Position numbers and translations under genes: made by a program. From Fonticula alba ATCC 38817 (taxonomy: Eukaryota; Protista; Nucleariida): a stretch of DNA of 23,297 nt. The notes under the pieces were generated by a model that made no database searches, was not told where the DNA came from, and saw only the letters and a program-made list of their open reading frames with translations. The stretch lies in NCBI GenBank assembly GCA_000388065.2, contig KB932201.1; one strand, given 5' to 3'. The first letter of the stretch is position 1; the number at the start of each line of letters is the position of its first letter. Below are positions 8,977-19,623 of this stretch, piece by piece.

Positions 8977-11816
8977 AGCGTGTGTGGGCGTAAAAGCAAA
9001 CTGGGAAAGATGCAAGAGATGAAGGGGGAGGAAGTTCCAGGGGGGAGACGCACCCCTGGGCATCTGAGCGCCAGTATGGAGCAAAGAGACCGGAAAAGGC
9101 CGGCACAAAATGGACCCCAGCCGTCGTGTCAACCTCAGCAGCGTATGTGCCTGGTGGTGGCCCAAAAGATGTCAGTGGCGGAAGGCAACCCAGGGACCAA
9201 GGAGGTGGAGACCAAATCGACGCACTAATCTCCTCGGTGGTATTGACCACACCCATCTTGTCGCGAAGCCAATCGAGAGCGACACCGGCGCACGCAACGG
9301 AGCCCTAACAAGCAAGCAGGAGACAGCATGGGGGTCAAACGAGAGGATGTCCAGCATGCACCTCCGGAGTCAGATGGGGGCGGTGGCGATGAGGGGGGCC
9401 GGGTGGGAGATGCCTGGTGTATGGGCGCACCTCGATAGCATAGGCTGGCGGGGCGGTGGGACCCATCTGATAGGCCACCGTGGTCAGCAGGCCATGCTTG
9501 GAGAAGACGGGCCTCTCACCCGTGTTGGAGAGAATGAAGCAACCCGTGCCATAACTGGGGGAAAAGGGGGAAAGAGAGAGAGGGAGAGGGGGGGGGGGGC
9601 AATAGGGACCGTCAGAGAGACCGTGCAAGAAAGAGATGACCGCCCAGGTGCCATGGGCGGAAAGAAAAAAGAGGAGGCCGGAGACGACGTACGTGCTCTT
9701 GGTATCGCCGTCAGCGAAGCAGGAGTGTCCAACCAGAGCGGCCTGCTGGTCACCAGCGCACTGGCGAGCAGGAAAGGGCGCATACGCGGAATCAGTGGGG
9801 GGGGGGGGGGGGCATGTGCGGCAGTATGTTTAATTGGTGAGCGCGTACGCCGGAGAGGGGGATCCCCGCCAGAGGATGGTCCTTCGCGAAGTGGCCATAC
9901 ACCTCGGCGGAGGACCGGATTTCCGGCAGACACGCAGGGTCGATGTCGAAAAAGCTGTGCTCGAGTCAGCGAAAAAAAAAAAAACAACGGTGGGTCCGGT
10001 TGCAAGTCGAAAGGCCGCTGGCAGCATACCGGCAAAGGAGGGGGTCCCACTTGAGCGTTGACAGGTTCATAAGCATTGTGCGGCTGGCATTGGTGACGTC
10101 CGTAACGAAGGAGGCTCGCCCGGTCATATTCTTCGCAAGCACACGCACCACGGAGGGGGGGGGGGTGAGGGAGAAATGGTTAGAGAGATCATGCCGTATG
10201 TGTGTGTGTGTGGGGGGGGGGGGGCGAGAGGGTGCACGGAGGATTGTCCTCGGCAGAAAAGGCGAAAGGAGGGGAGGAGGGGCCCAATCAAGCACGCACC
10301 CAAATCAGCCAGCTGTCCACGGTCGACACGCAAAGGTCTCCGCGGGCGCGGGTGTCGGCGATCGGCCGCGCCTTTGCGCCGGGCTCCGCCTCAGCATCCA
10401 CCAGCCAGCGCCACTTGAGGGCCGAGAAGTAGGTCGCCAGGGGCAGGCCACACAGACGCTGGAAGATGTTGCGCCGGGAAAAGTCCGAGTCGGCGCGCGG
10501 GGTGGCCTGGACACCAGCGGCATTGGCAGTGTCCCGCTCCGCCGGACTGAGCGTGTCCAGGAAGTCATTGGCCCCGGCAGTCAGGCGGTTGACGGTGCCC
10601 ACCGTGCGGGTATCATTCCACACTGCCGGAGAAGAGGGAGGGGAGAATCGAGGAGGAGGTTGGAAAGGGGCGCGGGTGGGCGCAAGAGAAACAAGAGAGT
10701 GCCGGCGATGGAAGGAGGAAGAATGCGAACACACCAATGGCAGGACAGAGTGGATTCCCGGTGGAGCGGTCCCATACAACCAGGGTCTCCCGCTGGTTGG
10801 TCACACCGACGGCTGGGGGTACGCCACCAGACAGGGGTGAGAGGGGGGAAGAGAGGAGGACGCCGGTCCGAGGGCGGGTGTGAGTGGTCACCGGAGGTGG
10901 AAATGTGCCTCGCATGACAGGGAAGCACATGTCCGGACATGGCGGCATACCTTTGATGCTGTCCTTCGGAAAGCCGAGCGCCTCCATGCTGGCGAGGCAG
11001 GCCGCGATGCAGCGGTTCGCCGTGTCCAGCAGGACGTGCGGGTCATGCTCCACCCATCTGGCAAGTTTCAGGGGGGTGAAAAAAGAAGAGGAAGAAGAAA
11101 CAGCGACACATTAGCCAGCGGGGAGGGGGGGGAGGGGGGCCACATGGGAAAGGGGAACACTCCCCGGGCTTTCCACGTCGCAAGAGCAAGGAGCGCACCC
11201 CTCCTTTGGCAAGATTGAGGAGAACTTCTCGTGATGGCTTGCAACCATGGCACCGGCGCGATCGAAGACAATGAACCGAGTGCTGGTGGTGCCCTGGTCA
11301 ATGGCACCGACAAAGGGCAGGGCAAAGGCACGGGGCTGTGATTCGGGAGCCGCGTCCGACGCCGGGGTGTGGCTGGTCATGGTCGTGCTGGAGGGGAGAT
11401 TCTTCAAGGGGATGGCGAGGCAACACCATGCAGGACAGAGTCCGAGGGGGGAGGGGGGAGGGGGGGGGGGGGCATCAGCCAGGGATATGAGCACACAGGC
11501 CGGTCCGCCGTGCGAGGCCCGGCAGCGCCAGGCAGCACACAGACGAGGGCATCTGGAGCCAGCAGGAGGTGCGGGCCATGCGGGAAAAGCGAGGGAGACG
11601 CACACTGTAGTGCCGGAGACCGGTGCCAGTGCAAGGGGGCCGGGCGGGAAAGCGGCGCGAGCGACCGGGGAGGACACTCGGGAGGAGTGCCGAACCAAGA
11701 GGACGACAGGTGAGCTGGCGCAGGCGCGTGGGGGCGAGAGTGGAAGACGAGGTGGCTCGATGCGAGGAGACCACGATCCGTGAGGCCGCGGCGATAGCTC
11801 GCTCAGCTCGGAACAT
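8115..11816 (-). CDS. GK: Glycerol kinase (FGGY family); short form from ATG 11380 (573 aa), long form from ATG 11816 with mitochondrial presequence (~651 aa)
   Basis: Core exons (-): 11380-11199, 11057-10951, 10812-10735, 10622-10300, 10130-10030, 9954-9849, 9760-9693, 9554-9431, 9304-9226, 9150-9054, 8825-8596, 8436-8284, 8188-8115 (1722 nt, phases consistent). Motifs: GAIDQGTTSTR, GVTNQRET, GLPLATYFSALK, TVDSWL, TDVTNASRT, GDQQAAL, KSTYGTGCF, FVPAFSGLFAPYW, RAALEAI, DGG, EVTALGAA. Proposed upstream exon 11816-11604 is spliced in phase 0 to 11401 (lower confidence than the core). Confidence 0.95.
8905..8975. repeat. Interrupted (CA)n/(TG)n microsatellite in a GK intron
   Basis: Read directly from the sequence. 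Confidence 0.9.
11604..11816 (-). other. Putative first exon of glycerol kinase encoding a 71-aa mitochondrial presequence
   Basis: MFRAERAIAAASRIVVSSHRATSSSTLAPTRLRQLTCRPLGSALLPSVLPGRSRRFPARPPCTGTGLRHYS has 12 Arg and one acidic residue, ends in R-H-Y-S, and is followed immediately by donor GTGCGT. The acceptor ttgaag|AAT at 11402/11401 is in frame with GK. Confidence 0.7.
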
Positions 11817-12167
11817 AGGCGGCGCCAACGGCGAGGATTGGCAGGGGGAAGCGAGGTCGGCTTGAGAAGGGGGAGGGAGGAGCGAGAGATGAGCAAAGTG
11901 CAGGGTGGTTGGGCTTGAGAGGTGGGTGCCGGGGTTTGCCTGAGGCAAGGGGCCGGGGCAACATCTCCGCCCTGCCTGCTTGAGTAGTCGCATCGTCCCC
12001 TCGTGCCCCGGCCCGAGGGCTCCTGCTGGCCGGCCATGAGGACAAACGACGAGGAACAGGGCCAAGGGGGGGGGGGAGCGGGGCTCGGGGGGCCATCGAT
12101 CGGGCGATCTGGGTTCGGGGCTGGGGGGGGGGGGGGGGGGGGGGGTCCCCCGAGGGGGGCGCCCGCG

Positions 12168-12206
<39 letters not shown>

Positions 12207-12450
12207 GGGGGCCAAGAAAGATGGCCTCATGCGTTGGCACGAGGGCGGACGGAGCCCGGGTCCCAGCCAGCTGCCGAGTCCCTCCAGCTTCCTTGGTCGG
12301 CCGGTGGAAAAGGCGGCTGAGGAGGGGGGATGTGCGCCCGGCCCCTGGGGTGTGCTCTCTCGGCCTTCCTGTCCGAGGTGCGTGTGGGGTGCGCGGCGGT
12401 TTGGCATGCCGCCTGCGAAAAGGGACCGCGGATTTGAACATGGTTGTAGG

Positions 12451-12462
12451 TATATTATTTTT
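12451..12462 (-). promoter_or_regulatory. AT-rich island (AAAAATAATATA on -), candidate poly(A) signal region for COPB1
   Basis: The only strongly AT-rich patch about 370 nt downstream of the COPB1 stop. Assigned by position only. Confidence 0.3.
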
Positions 12463-12830
12463 GGGGCTGAGGAGACGCGCGCGAAGGAGCGGATTCGGGG
12501 ACAGGGCGTGTGGATGGAGAGGGGAGGGAGGGAGGGGGGAGGGGTCTGTATGAGGAAAATGGGGCATCGCGCGCGTCGGCGAGGGGAATCCGCCGGCCCG
12601 CGCCTTGCCATTCGCGTGCGCGGCAAATGTGTCTCTCCTGTCCCTTTGTCGGTCTCTGCAATGGTGCTCCCAAGCTGCCAGGAGCATGGTGCATCGCACA
12701 CCGCGCATGGGCCGGCCGTGTGCCCGGCGCCATGGCACCCCCCGGCGGGCGGGACAGCCCACTTGCTCCCACACAAGGGGGGGGGGGAGACATTTCACGT
12801 GCGAGGCGGCAGGCAAAGGCCAGCTGGTCA

Positions 12831-13450
12831 TCACACGACAATCGGGCTTCCGCTGGAGGCACTGCCCTCGGCGGAGGAAGTCAGCGCAGCCAGCTTCGGC
12901 GAGCCGAGCTTGCTCCGGCCAGCCGAGCCGGGCGGCGGCCGGGTGGGCTTATTCCCGCCGGCGGCGCTGGCCGACTTCTGAGACATGAGGATCTTGTCAC
13001 CCAGACTGATGGCGATGCCCTGGGTCTTGGCGCGAATGCGAATGTGGCCGACAATCTTCATGGCGCTGCCACCGGTGGCGGGACCACCAATGGGGCCGAG
13101 GACCGGCGAGCCGGAGCCCAGCCCGGCAGCCAGCGGGGCCGCCGCGCTGGTTCGCTCGAGGCTGACATTGGCCAGGCAATCCTCGCCGAAGATGGACCGC
13201 GCATACAGGTTGGCTGCCAAGAAGTCGCACTCGCCGGCGGTGGCGGCCGCCGGGGTGAGGCACTTCATGTTGGTCGACTTGACCAGCTGGTTCAGGTAGT
13301 CGTGGAGGTCGCTGGGTTGTTTTGTTGTTGGGGTTTGGGGTTTTTTTTCCCCCCCGGCCCCATTCAGGTGTGGATGTGTGTCAGCACATGGAGGATCATC
13401 CAGCCGAGCATGTGGATTGTGTCCGGCGGGAGCAAGAGAGAGAGAGAGGG

Positions 13451-13497
<47 letters not shown>

Positions 13498-16400
13498 GGG
13501 CGACCGGCTTCCCTGGGCGTTGGAGCAGCAAGGGCGCCCCCCGCGCGGTGACAGACGCACGTAATGTCCGTCATGACGGGGATCTTGTTCTCCCACTCGA
13601 ACTCGGTCCACATCCGGCGGAACTGCGACTCGGGGATCTGAATCGGCTGGATGTAGTCCATGACATCGATGCGAATCTCGTGCAGGACCACCACGCGCGA
13701 AGCCTCCGAGGCAGAGGACGAATCGTAGGAGATGTTGCCGAAGATGACCCCGGCCTCGGTGGAGGACACCTTGATGTGGGCGGTCATGTTGCAGAAGTCG
13801 TGCGGCGCCAGGACATGGGACGCCGGGCGCTCGGCCAGCTTCAAGTCGCCAAGGGTGGCCAGCTCGATGGTGACATTTTGAAGGGTGCTGCTGGTCTGAT
13901 TGACCACCAGAATGTCTTCGGGGCGCGTGCGTGCACAGGCACGTGGTGGATGCATGTGCATATGCATGGCCATCCATGCATCGGGATGGGGCCCCGGGTC
14001 AGACGCAGGCAGCCATGAGCGGCGAGGCAAGAGGCAAGAAACACGCACCGAGCAGGATATCATACTGGTTGACATGGACATACGCCTCGGCGTAGAGGGG
14101 GTCCGAGTGGCCAGTCAGCTGGACCACGCGGCTGAGGTTGGAAACCAGCTCCTGGGCGGCCGCGTCGTCGGCACCGATGGCCCGGTTGAGATCGGTCTCA
14201 TACTGCCATACGACGCCGAAGGCGCACCGGCAGCGGGGGGGAGAGGAGTCCAGGGGGGGGCGGGGGGGGGGGGCTCGGCGTCAGATGTGTGGCCCAGGGC
14301 GACTCGGCGGGGGCACAGCAGGCCAGGGGAGCCGGGGAGGAGACGCGAGAGAAAGAAAGAAAAAAAAGAAGAAGATAATAGATGCATCAATGGAGAGAGG
14401 GACAAACCTGATCTTCGGCATTCTCCACGGTCTTGCGGCTCTGCAGCTGGCGCAGGGACAGCCGGGTTTCCGGATGGTCGGCCCGGGCATCGGACTGCTC
14501 GCTGGCCGTGGACTTCTGGGCACGATGCTGCTCGGCCAGGAAGGTGGAGAAAGCCGGCCGGCTGGAGAGGAAGGCCTGCTCGGCCAGGGCATTGGGCTCG
14601 GTCAGCAGCCGAGCGCAGCCAGACAGACGCTCATACGCATCGGCGTCCAAAATCAGGTGCTGGTACAGGTGGCTGCCCTCGCCGGACTGGATCCCGGCCT
14701 CGGTGGCCGAGGCCGACAGGCCGGCCGTCATGTTCAGCGTGTCGCCACCGAGCTTCAGCAGAGCCCCGATGATGCGGATGGCCGAGGTGTAGAACTGATC
14801 CACCAGGCCCTCATTCAGGTCCGCGTGCGTCGGGCCATCCGAGAGGGCCGCCCGCAGGCGCAGGCAAATCTTGGTCACGGCCGCACCAAGAGCACTGGCC
14901 AGGTACGGGTCGCCGTAGAGCAGGAACGACCGGAGCGGGGTATCACACAGCACACCCGCCGGCACGTTCAGCGCCACGCAATAGTACCCGCCAGCGACGA
15001 CCGAGCTGCCGGTCACCTTGTTCCGGGCCGAATTGCCGGTGGCCGAGGAGGAGGTCCCGCGGCCGAGGCCGGACGCGGTGGAGGCCGACACAGCCGACGA
15101 CGCGGAGCCCGAGGACACCGACCGGTTGTCCTCGAAATCGGTGTTGTCCTCCTGGTTACCGGCCTCCTCGACGGGGGCCTCCAGCGGGAAGGGGCCAAGC
15201 GAGCGCTCGAGGGCCTCGAACAGCTCCGGCAGGCGCTCGACCGGGGCAAACTCGCTCAGAACCCAGAGGACCCCCTGGAACACGCGCGACAGGCGGATCT
15301 CCGGCAGCTGGGCAATCAGGCGCTGGGTGACGGCATCGCGAATGCTGACGTTGCGTTCGGCGGCCAGGCTACGGACGAGCGGGGGCGACGAGACGCACGT
15401 GCGCGCGCGTGCACACACACACACACACACACACACACGGAGGGGGAGGGGCCCAAGTATGTTAGACCCACCGAGGGGCAAGGAGAGGGCATGGGGCACG
15501 GGCACAGAGAGCCAGGCGGCGGAGCAGGAGCAAACCCCAGGCAGGACGTACCGAACAAAGTTCACAACATCAATGGCGGTGTCGCCGCGCGACTCGCCGA
15601 TGAGATCCATCAGAAGCTGCAGCGAGGATGAGAGCACGGTCTCCGGGAAGCGCACCGCGCACGAGTGAATCACCTTCACCAGGGCCTGGCGGTAGATGAT
15701 GGACGACTCGTCGTTCTCCGGGGCCGAGCTGGTCCGAGAAAGCTCCTTCCGCAGCAGGACCACCGCCTCGGTGACATGGCGCAGCGGGACCATGGTGATG
15801 GCCAGATCCAGCACGCGCAGGCGGACCTCCAAGTCCGGGCTGCCGCCGGTGGCCAGGGGCACATGAGCGCGGTGAGTGACTGGGCGACGGCCGCGAGGCC
15901 ATGCACATGCCACCAATGGCACGAGGGGGACAGGGGGATACACAGGCGCATGCGGGGGCGGGCGGAGGGAGAAGCAGCAGCGGTGAGTGCATACCTGTTG
16001 AGGATCTTCAGCAGGTCCAGGACCAGGTCGTCCAGAAGGTGCGGATGGCGGCGCTGGAGCTCCTCCACACGGTTGAGGACAATCAGCTTGACATTGTTGT
16101 CGGAGTCCTTCATCACCAGGTCGATGTAGGCAGAGGCAGCGGCTGCATGGGGGAGGGGGAGGGGGGAGGTCAGTGCACCGGCAATGTGTGCGCATATGTG
16201 TGTGTGTGTGTGCGTCTGAGGGGGAGGGGCGGTGGTCCAGGCATGTGGATGTACCCTTGACAGCGGCCGGAGCGCGGGTGATCGACATGAGCGTGGTCGC
16301 GCTCTCATACTTGACAGTGTGCGACTGGGACTCCAGCAGCGCAAAGATGACCTTGACAAAGACGGCCTGGGATTGTGCAAAGGGAGGGAGCAGAGGAAAG

Positions 16401-17696
16401 TCAGGGAGAGAGGGGGGGGGGGGAAAGGGGGCCGGGTGGAGCCGGGCGGCGGGTCGGAGACGCACACGCTCCGAAGGATTGGAGTGGCAATACTTGCGGA
16501 TGAGCTCGATGACGGCCAGCTGGAAGGACTCATCGAAGGTGAGGACATGCTCGATGATGGACCGCAGGTAGTCGATGGCCAGCGGCTGGTCGCAGTTGAT
16601 CAGCAGGTAGAAGGCGTTCTTCCGGGTGGTGGCATCGGTCTCGGTGCGGATGAACTTGGCAATCAACTCCGGCGCATCCGGCACCAGGGTCGAGTCGAAC
16701 TTAAAGATTGAGTGCAGGGCCAGGACGGCGTTCTTGCGGACGTAGCTCATCCGGTGCTCCTGCGCGAGGGGGGGGGGGGGGNNNNNNNNNNNNNNNNNNN
16801 NNNNNNNNNNNNNNNNNNNNNNNNNNNNNNNNNNNNNNNNNNNNNNNNNNNNNNNNNNNNNNNNNNNNNNNNNNNNNNNNNNNNNNNNNNNNNNNNNNNN
16901 NNNNNNNNNNNNNNNNNNNNNNNNNNNNNNNNNNNNNNNNNNNNNNNNNNNNNNNNNNNNNGGGGGGGGGGCATGACACGCACCAGGCACCCACGGATCG
17001 GGTCGATGAGGGGAACAATGATGTCTGCCTCGCGGAGCTTGCACAAGAAGCGCAGGGTAGACCCACGGACATACTCGTTCGGGTGCTGCAGGTCATTGCG
17101 CAGCGCGTTGCTGTGTGTGTGTGTGTGGAGGGGGGGGGGGGGGTGAAACATCAAAAGGCCGGAGGGAAGGGCAAAAGATGGGGCCCAGGGAGGATTGGCG
17201 GGAGCCGAAGACAGGGTGTCAGCGGGAAGAAAGCACATGGGTCGTGGGTGGGAAAAGGATTGACACCCCGGGCCACAGCGGATGTGTCTGTGCGCGCGCA
17301 TGTGCATAAACTCTCGTGCACGGGGGGGAGGGGGGGGGGCGGGGGCTCGCACCAGACCAGGATGAACTCCTGCTTCAGGGTGCCGGAGGGGGTGCGCTTG
17401 GGCACGATCTCATAGTACAGCAGCAGGAGCTTCTTCAGGTGCTTGTCCTTGGTCGGCATGACGAAGCGAATGACATGCATGAGCAGGTCCGGCATCAGGT
17501 CGCCAGCCATCATGGTGCTCAGCAGACGCTTCATGGCCGCCGTGCGGCTGACATCGTCACCGGTCTCGAGCATCTTCTTGAAGTCGTTGATGGTGGGTGC
17601 CTCGCTCGCCAGCGACCCGTAGCCCGGGTCGTAGGAGAGAAGCGTGTAGCAAGACTGGTTGCCGGCCAGCTGGCTGCGGTCACCGGAGGAGGCCAT
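12831..17696 (-). CDS. COPB1: Coatomer subunit beta (beta-COP), ~1087 aa, 10 exons
   Basis: Exons (-): 17696-17353, 17110-16984, 16759-16466, 16366-16255, 16142-15995, 15839-15552, 15368-14408, 14202-14049, 13915-13561, 13311-12831 (3264 nt, phases consistent). Hallmark segments: [164 protein letters not shown]. The gap at 16782-16961 lies inside intron 2. Confidence 0.97.
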
Positions 17697-17728
17697 CGTT
17701 CCGGACGGGTGCGCGCGGCGGAGGCGAA

Positions 17729-17770
<42 letters not shown>
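17729..17770. repeat. G42 homopolymer (C42 on the transcribed strand) 33 nt upstream of the COPB1 ATG
   Basis: Read directly; homopolymer length may be inaccurate in the assembly. Confidence 0.8.
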
Positions 17771-18884
17771 CGGGGGAGCGGGAGATGTGTCCATTTGTCG
17801 GGCCTCCGCACGCACTGTCAGCTTGCCACCGGGCTAGGCGAACGGTGTGAACGCAGATGTCCGNNNNNNNNNNNNNNNNNNNNNNNNNNNNNNNNNNNNN
17901 NNNNNNGACATTCAGCTGGCCGGTTCCGACAGAAGGAAGTCGGCGATGGGGTGCGAGGGCGGCGGGGTGGGGGCGCGGCGGCTGCTCGAAAGGGTGGCTG
18001 GGGTTGAGGGGAGGAGGGCCTCTATGGCACTGGCGCAGGGGCCGGGTGCCATGCAAGAAGCCGGCGACAGAGAGCCGATCGGAGGAGGAGGACCGAGGGG
18101 GGAAGGAGCGCAAGAGGGGCAAGGTCAGGCAGGGGAGGCGAAGACAAGGGCGGAGCCAGTCGCAGGGCGTCAGGCGCAGGAAGGGAAGAGGACGGGCAAA
18201 AGGGCATACGTTCAGAGCGCAGGAGGAAGAGGCGAGAGAGGGAGAGAGAGAGATAGAGGGAGAGAGAGAGGGGGGGAGGGGGGGGGGAGTGGTGTGACGG
18301 CGGCGGCGGGGGTGGCCGCTCGCCGAGGCACTGTGCTACCCGAAAGGAGCCAGTACGGACCGATCCTCCGCCCTTGGGTGCGTGTATATGCACCTCCCCT
18401 GTTGCGACCACCTACCAAGCGCCGCGCCCTGTGGCCCACCCACCGAGACCTGTCAATTTACCGGACCAGTGAGCGGGGCGCCGACGAAGACTCGCCCTCG
18501 GACAGACACATCGCGACGCGCGCAAAGGCCTCCCAGCCCCCTCCCCCAAGCCGGCGCATTCCCCCCACCCACCCAGCCCCCACCAAGTACCCGGGCCTTC
18601 CACCGTCAGCCGTGTCTAGTCTCTGTGGCCTGCGCCGAATGCAGGGGAAGAAAAAAGAAGCCCCAGCCACCGAGGGGAGGAACTTAAAGGGGGCGGGGGG
18701 GGGGGGAAATAAAAACAGCCCGCTCATAACACGACTAAGCCTGGGGTGCATCTAGCGCCCGCCATACATATACATGCATGTGTGTGTGTGTCTCTGCCCC
18801 CGGAGGAAATGCCCACCTACTGTGTCAACTGTCGGTGTTACTGGCGGTGCGACCGTCGCCCCCCCCCCCCCAGCCTCCGTCTGC

Positions 18885-19135
18885 CCCGCCACGACACACG
18901 GCGGATCCCCCTGCTGAGCGAGGACGAGAGAGAGAGAGAGAGAGAGGGAGAGCGCCAGACCAACAACACCCACAAACCGCCAAAACACCACCCCCCCCGC
19001 CAACGACACGGGAACCGCCCGCGCCCACACAACCCCCGCCCGGGCCCCCCCCCCAGCCTCTGACGGGCCCGCCACGACACACGGCGGATCCCCCTGCTGA
19101 GCGAGGACGAGAGAGAGAGAGAGAGAGAGGGAGAG
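18885..19135. repeat. Perfect 68-bp direct repeat, two copies (18885-18952, 19068-19135), period 183 bp
   Basis: CCCGCCACGACACACGGCGGATCCCCCTGCTGAGCGAGGAC(GA)10G GGAGAG is identical in both copies, and both are preceded by a C-run plus AGCCTC 7 nt upstream. Confidence 0.92.
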
Positions 19136-19623
19136 AGCAAGCCGCACAAGCCACCCCCCTCCCCCCCCCCCCCCCCCGCTTCTTGTCCCGGCTCCAGTTG
19201 CTTCTCAGACACATGCAGAAAAGGGGGAAAAAACGCATCCAACCAGGCGCGCGTAGGCCATTTTGGACGGGGATTAATTAGTGCGACATCACGTGATGCC
19301 ATCTATTGTGGTTATCGGAGTTCCCGACCGGCCGCAGCACAGCCGCCCGTGGCGGAAGGTCAGGAGTGGGAGGGGGNNNNNNNNNNNNNNNNNNNNNNNN
19401 NNNNNNNNNNNNNNNNNNNNNNNNNNNNNNNGGCGGCAGCAGCAGCAGCAAAAGAGGCCCAAGCAGCAACTAGAAGCAAGGGCAGGCGGCAACGCATGCG
19501 GACCCAAGGTGGCGACATGCTTTCCCTCCCTCCCATCTGCCGGGTCTTCCCCCGGGGCCGGGTCTTCGCCTTCCTGCCTGCTGGCTTGGGCCCCTGCATG
19601 GGCCCCCCCCCCCCCCCCATCCA

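Noticed and set aside
12200-12441. ATG at 12441 (-) with Arg-rich MFKSAVPFRRRHAK..., a possible alternative presequence
   Set aside because: No consensus donor links it to GK, and it runs into a homopolymer tract. The 11816 exon fits far better.
12416-12470. AAAAGGG...TATTTTTGG, resembling a U11 5' end and an Sm site
   Set aside because: Only ~35 nt separate the two and no snRNA stems are present. It is better explained as the AT-rich COPB1 3' end.
12510-17415. Long plus-strand ORFs opposite COPB1 (12510..14018, 14138..15631 and others) and opposite the MIT-like gene
   Set aside because: These are antisense shadows of GC3-rich coding exons with no independent protein signal.
18809-18860. 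Cys-rich mini-ORF MPTYCVNCRCYWRC
   Set aside because: It is short, continues into repeat-derived sequence and has no supporting splice or domain context.
18885-19135. Direct repeat considered as a CRISPR array or LTR pair
   Set aside because: There are only two 68-bp copies containing a microsatellite, the context is eukaryotic, and there are no cas genes, TG...CA ends or internal retroelement sequence.
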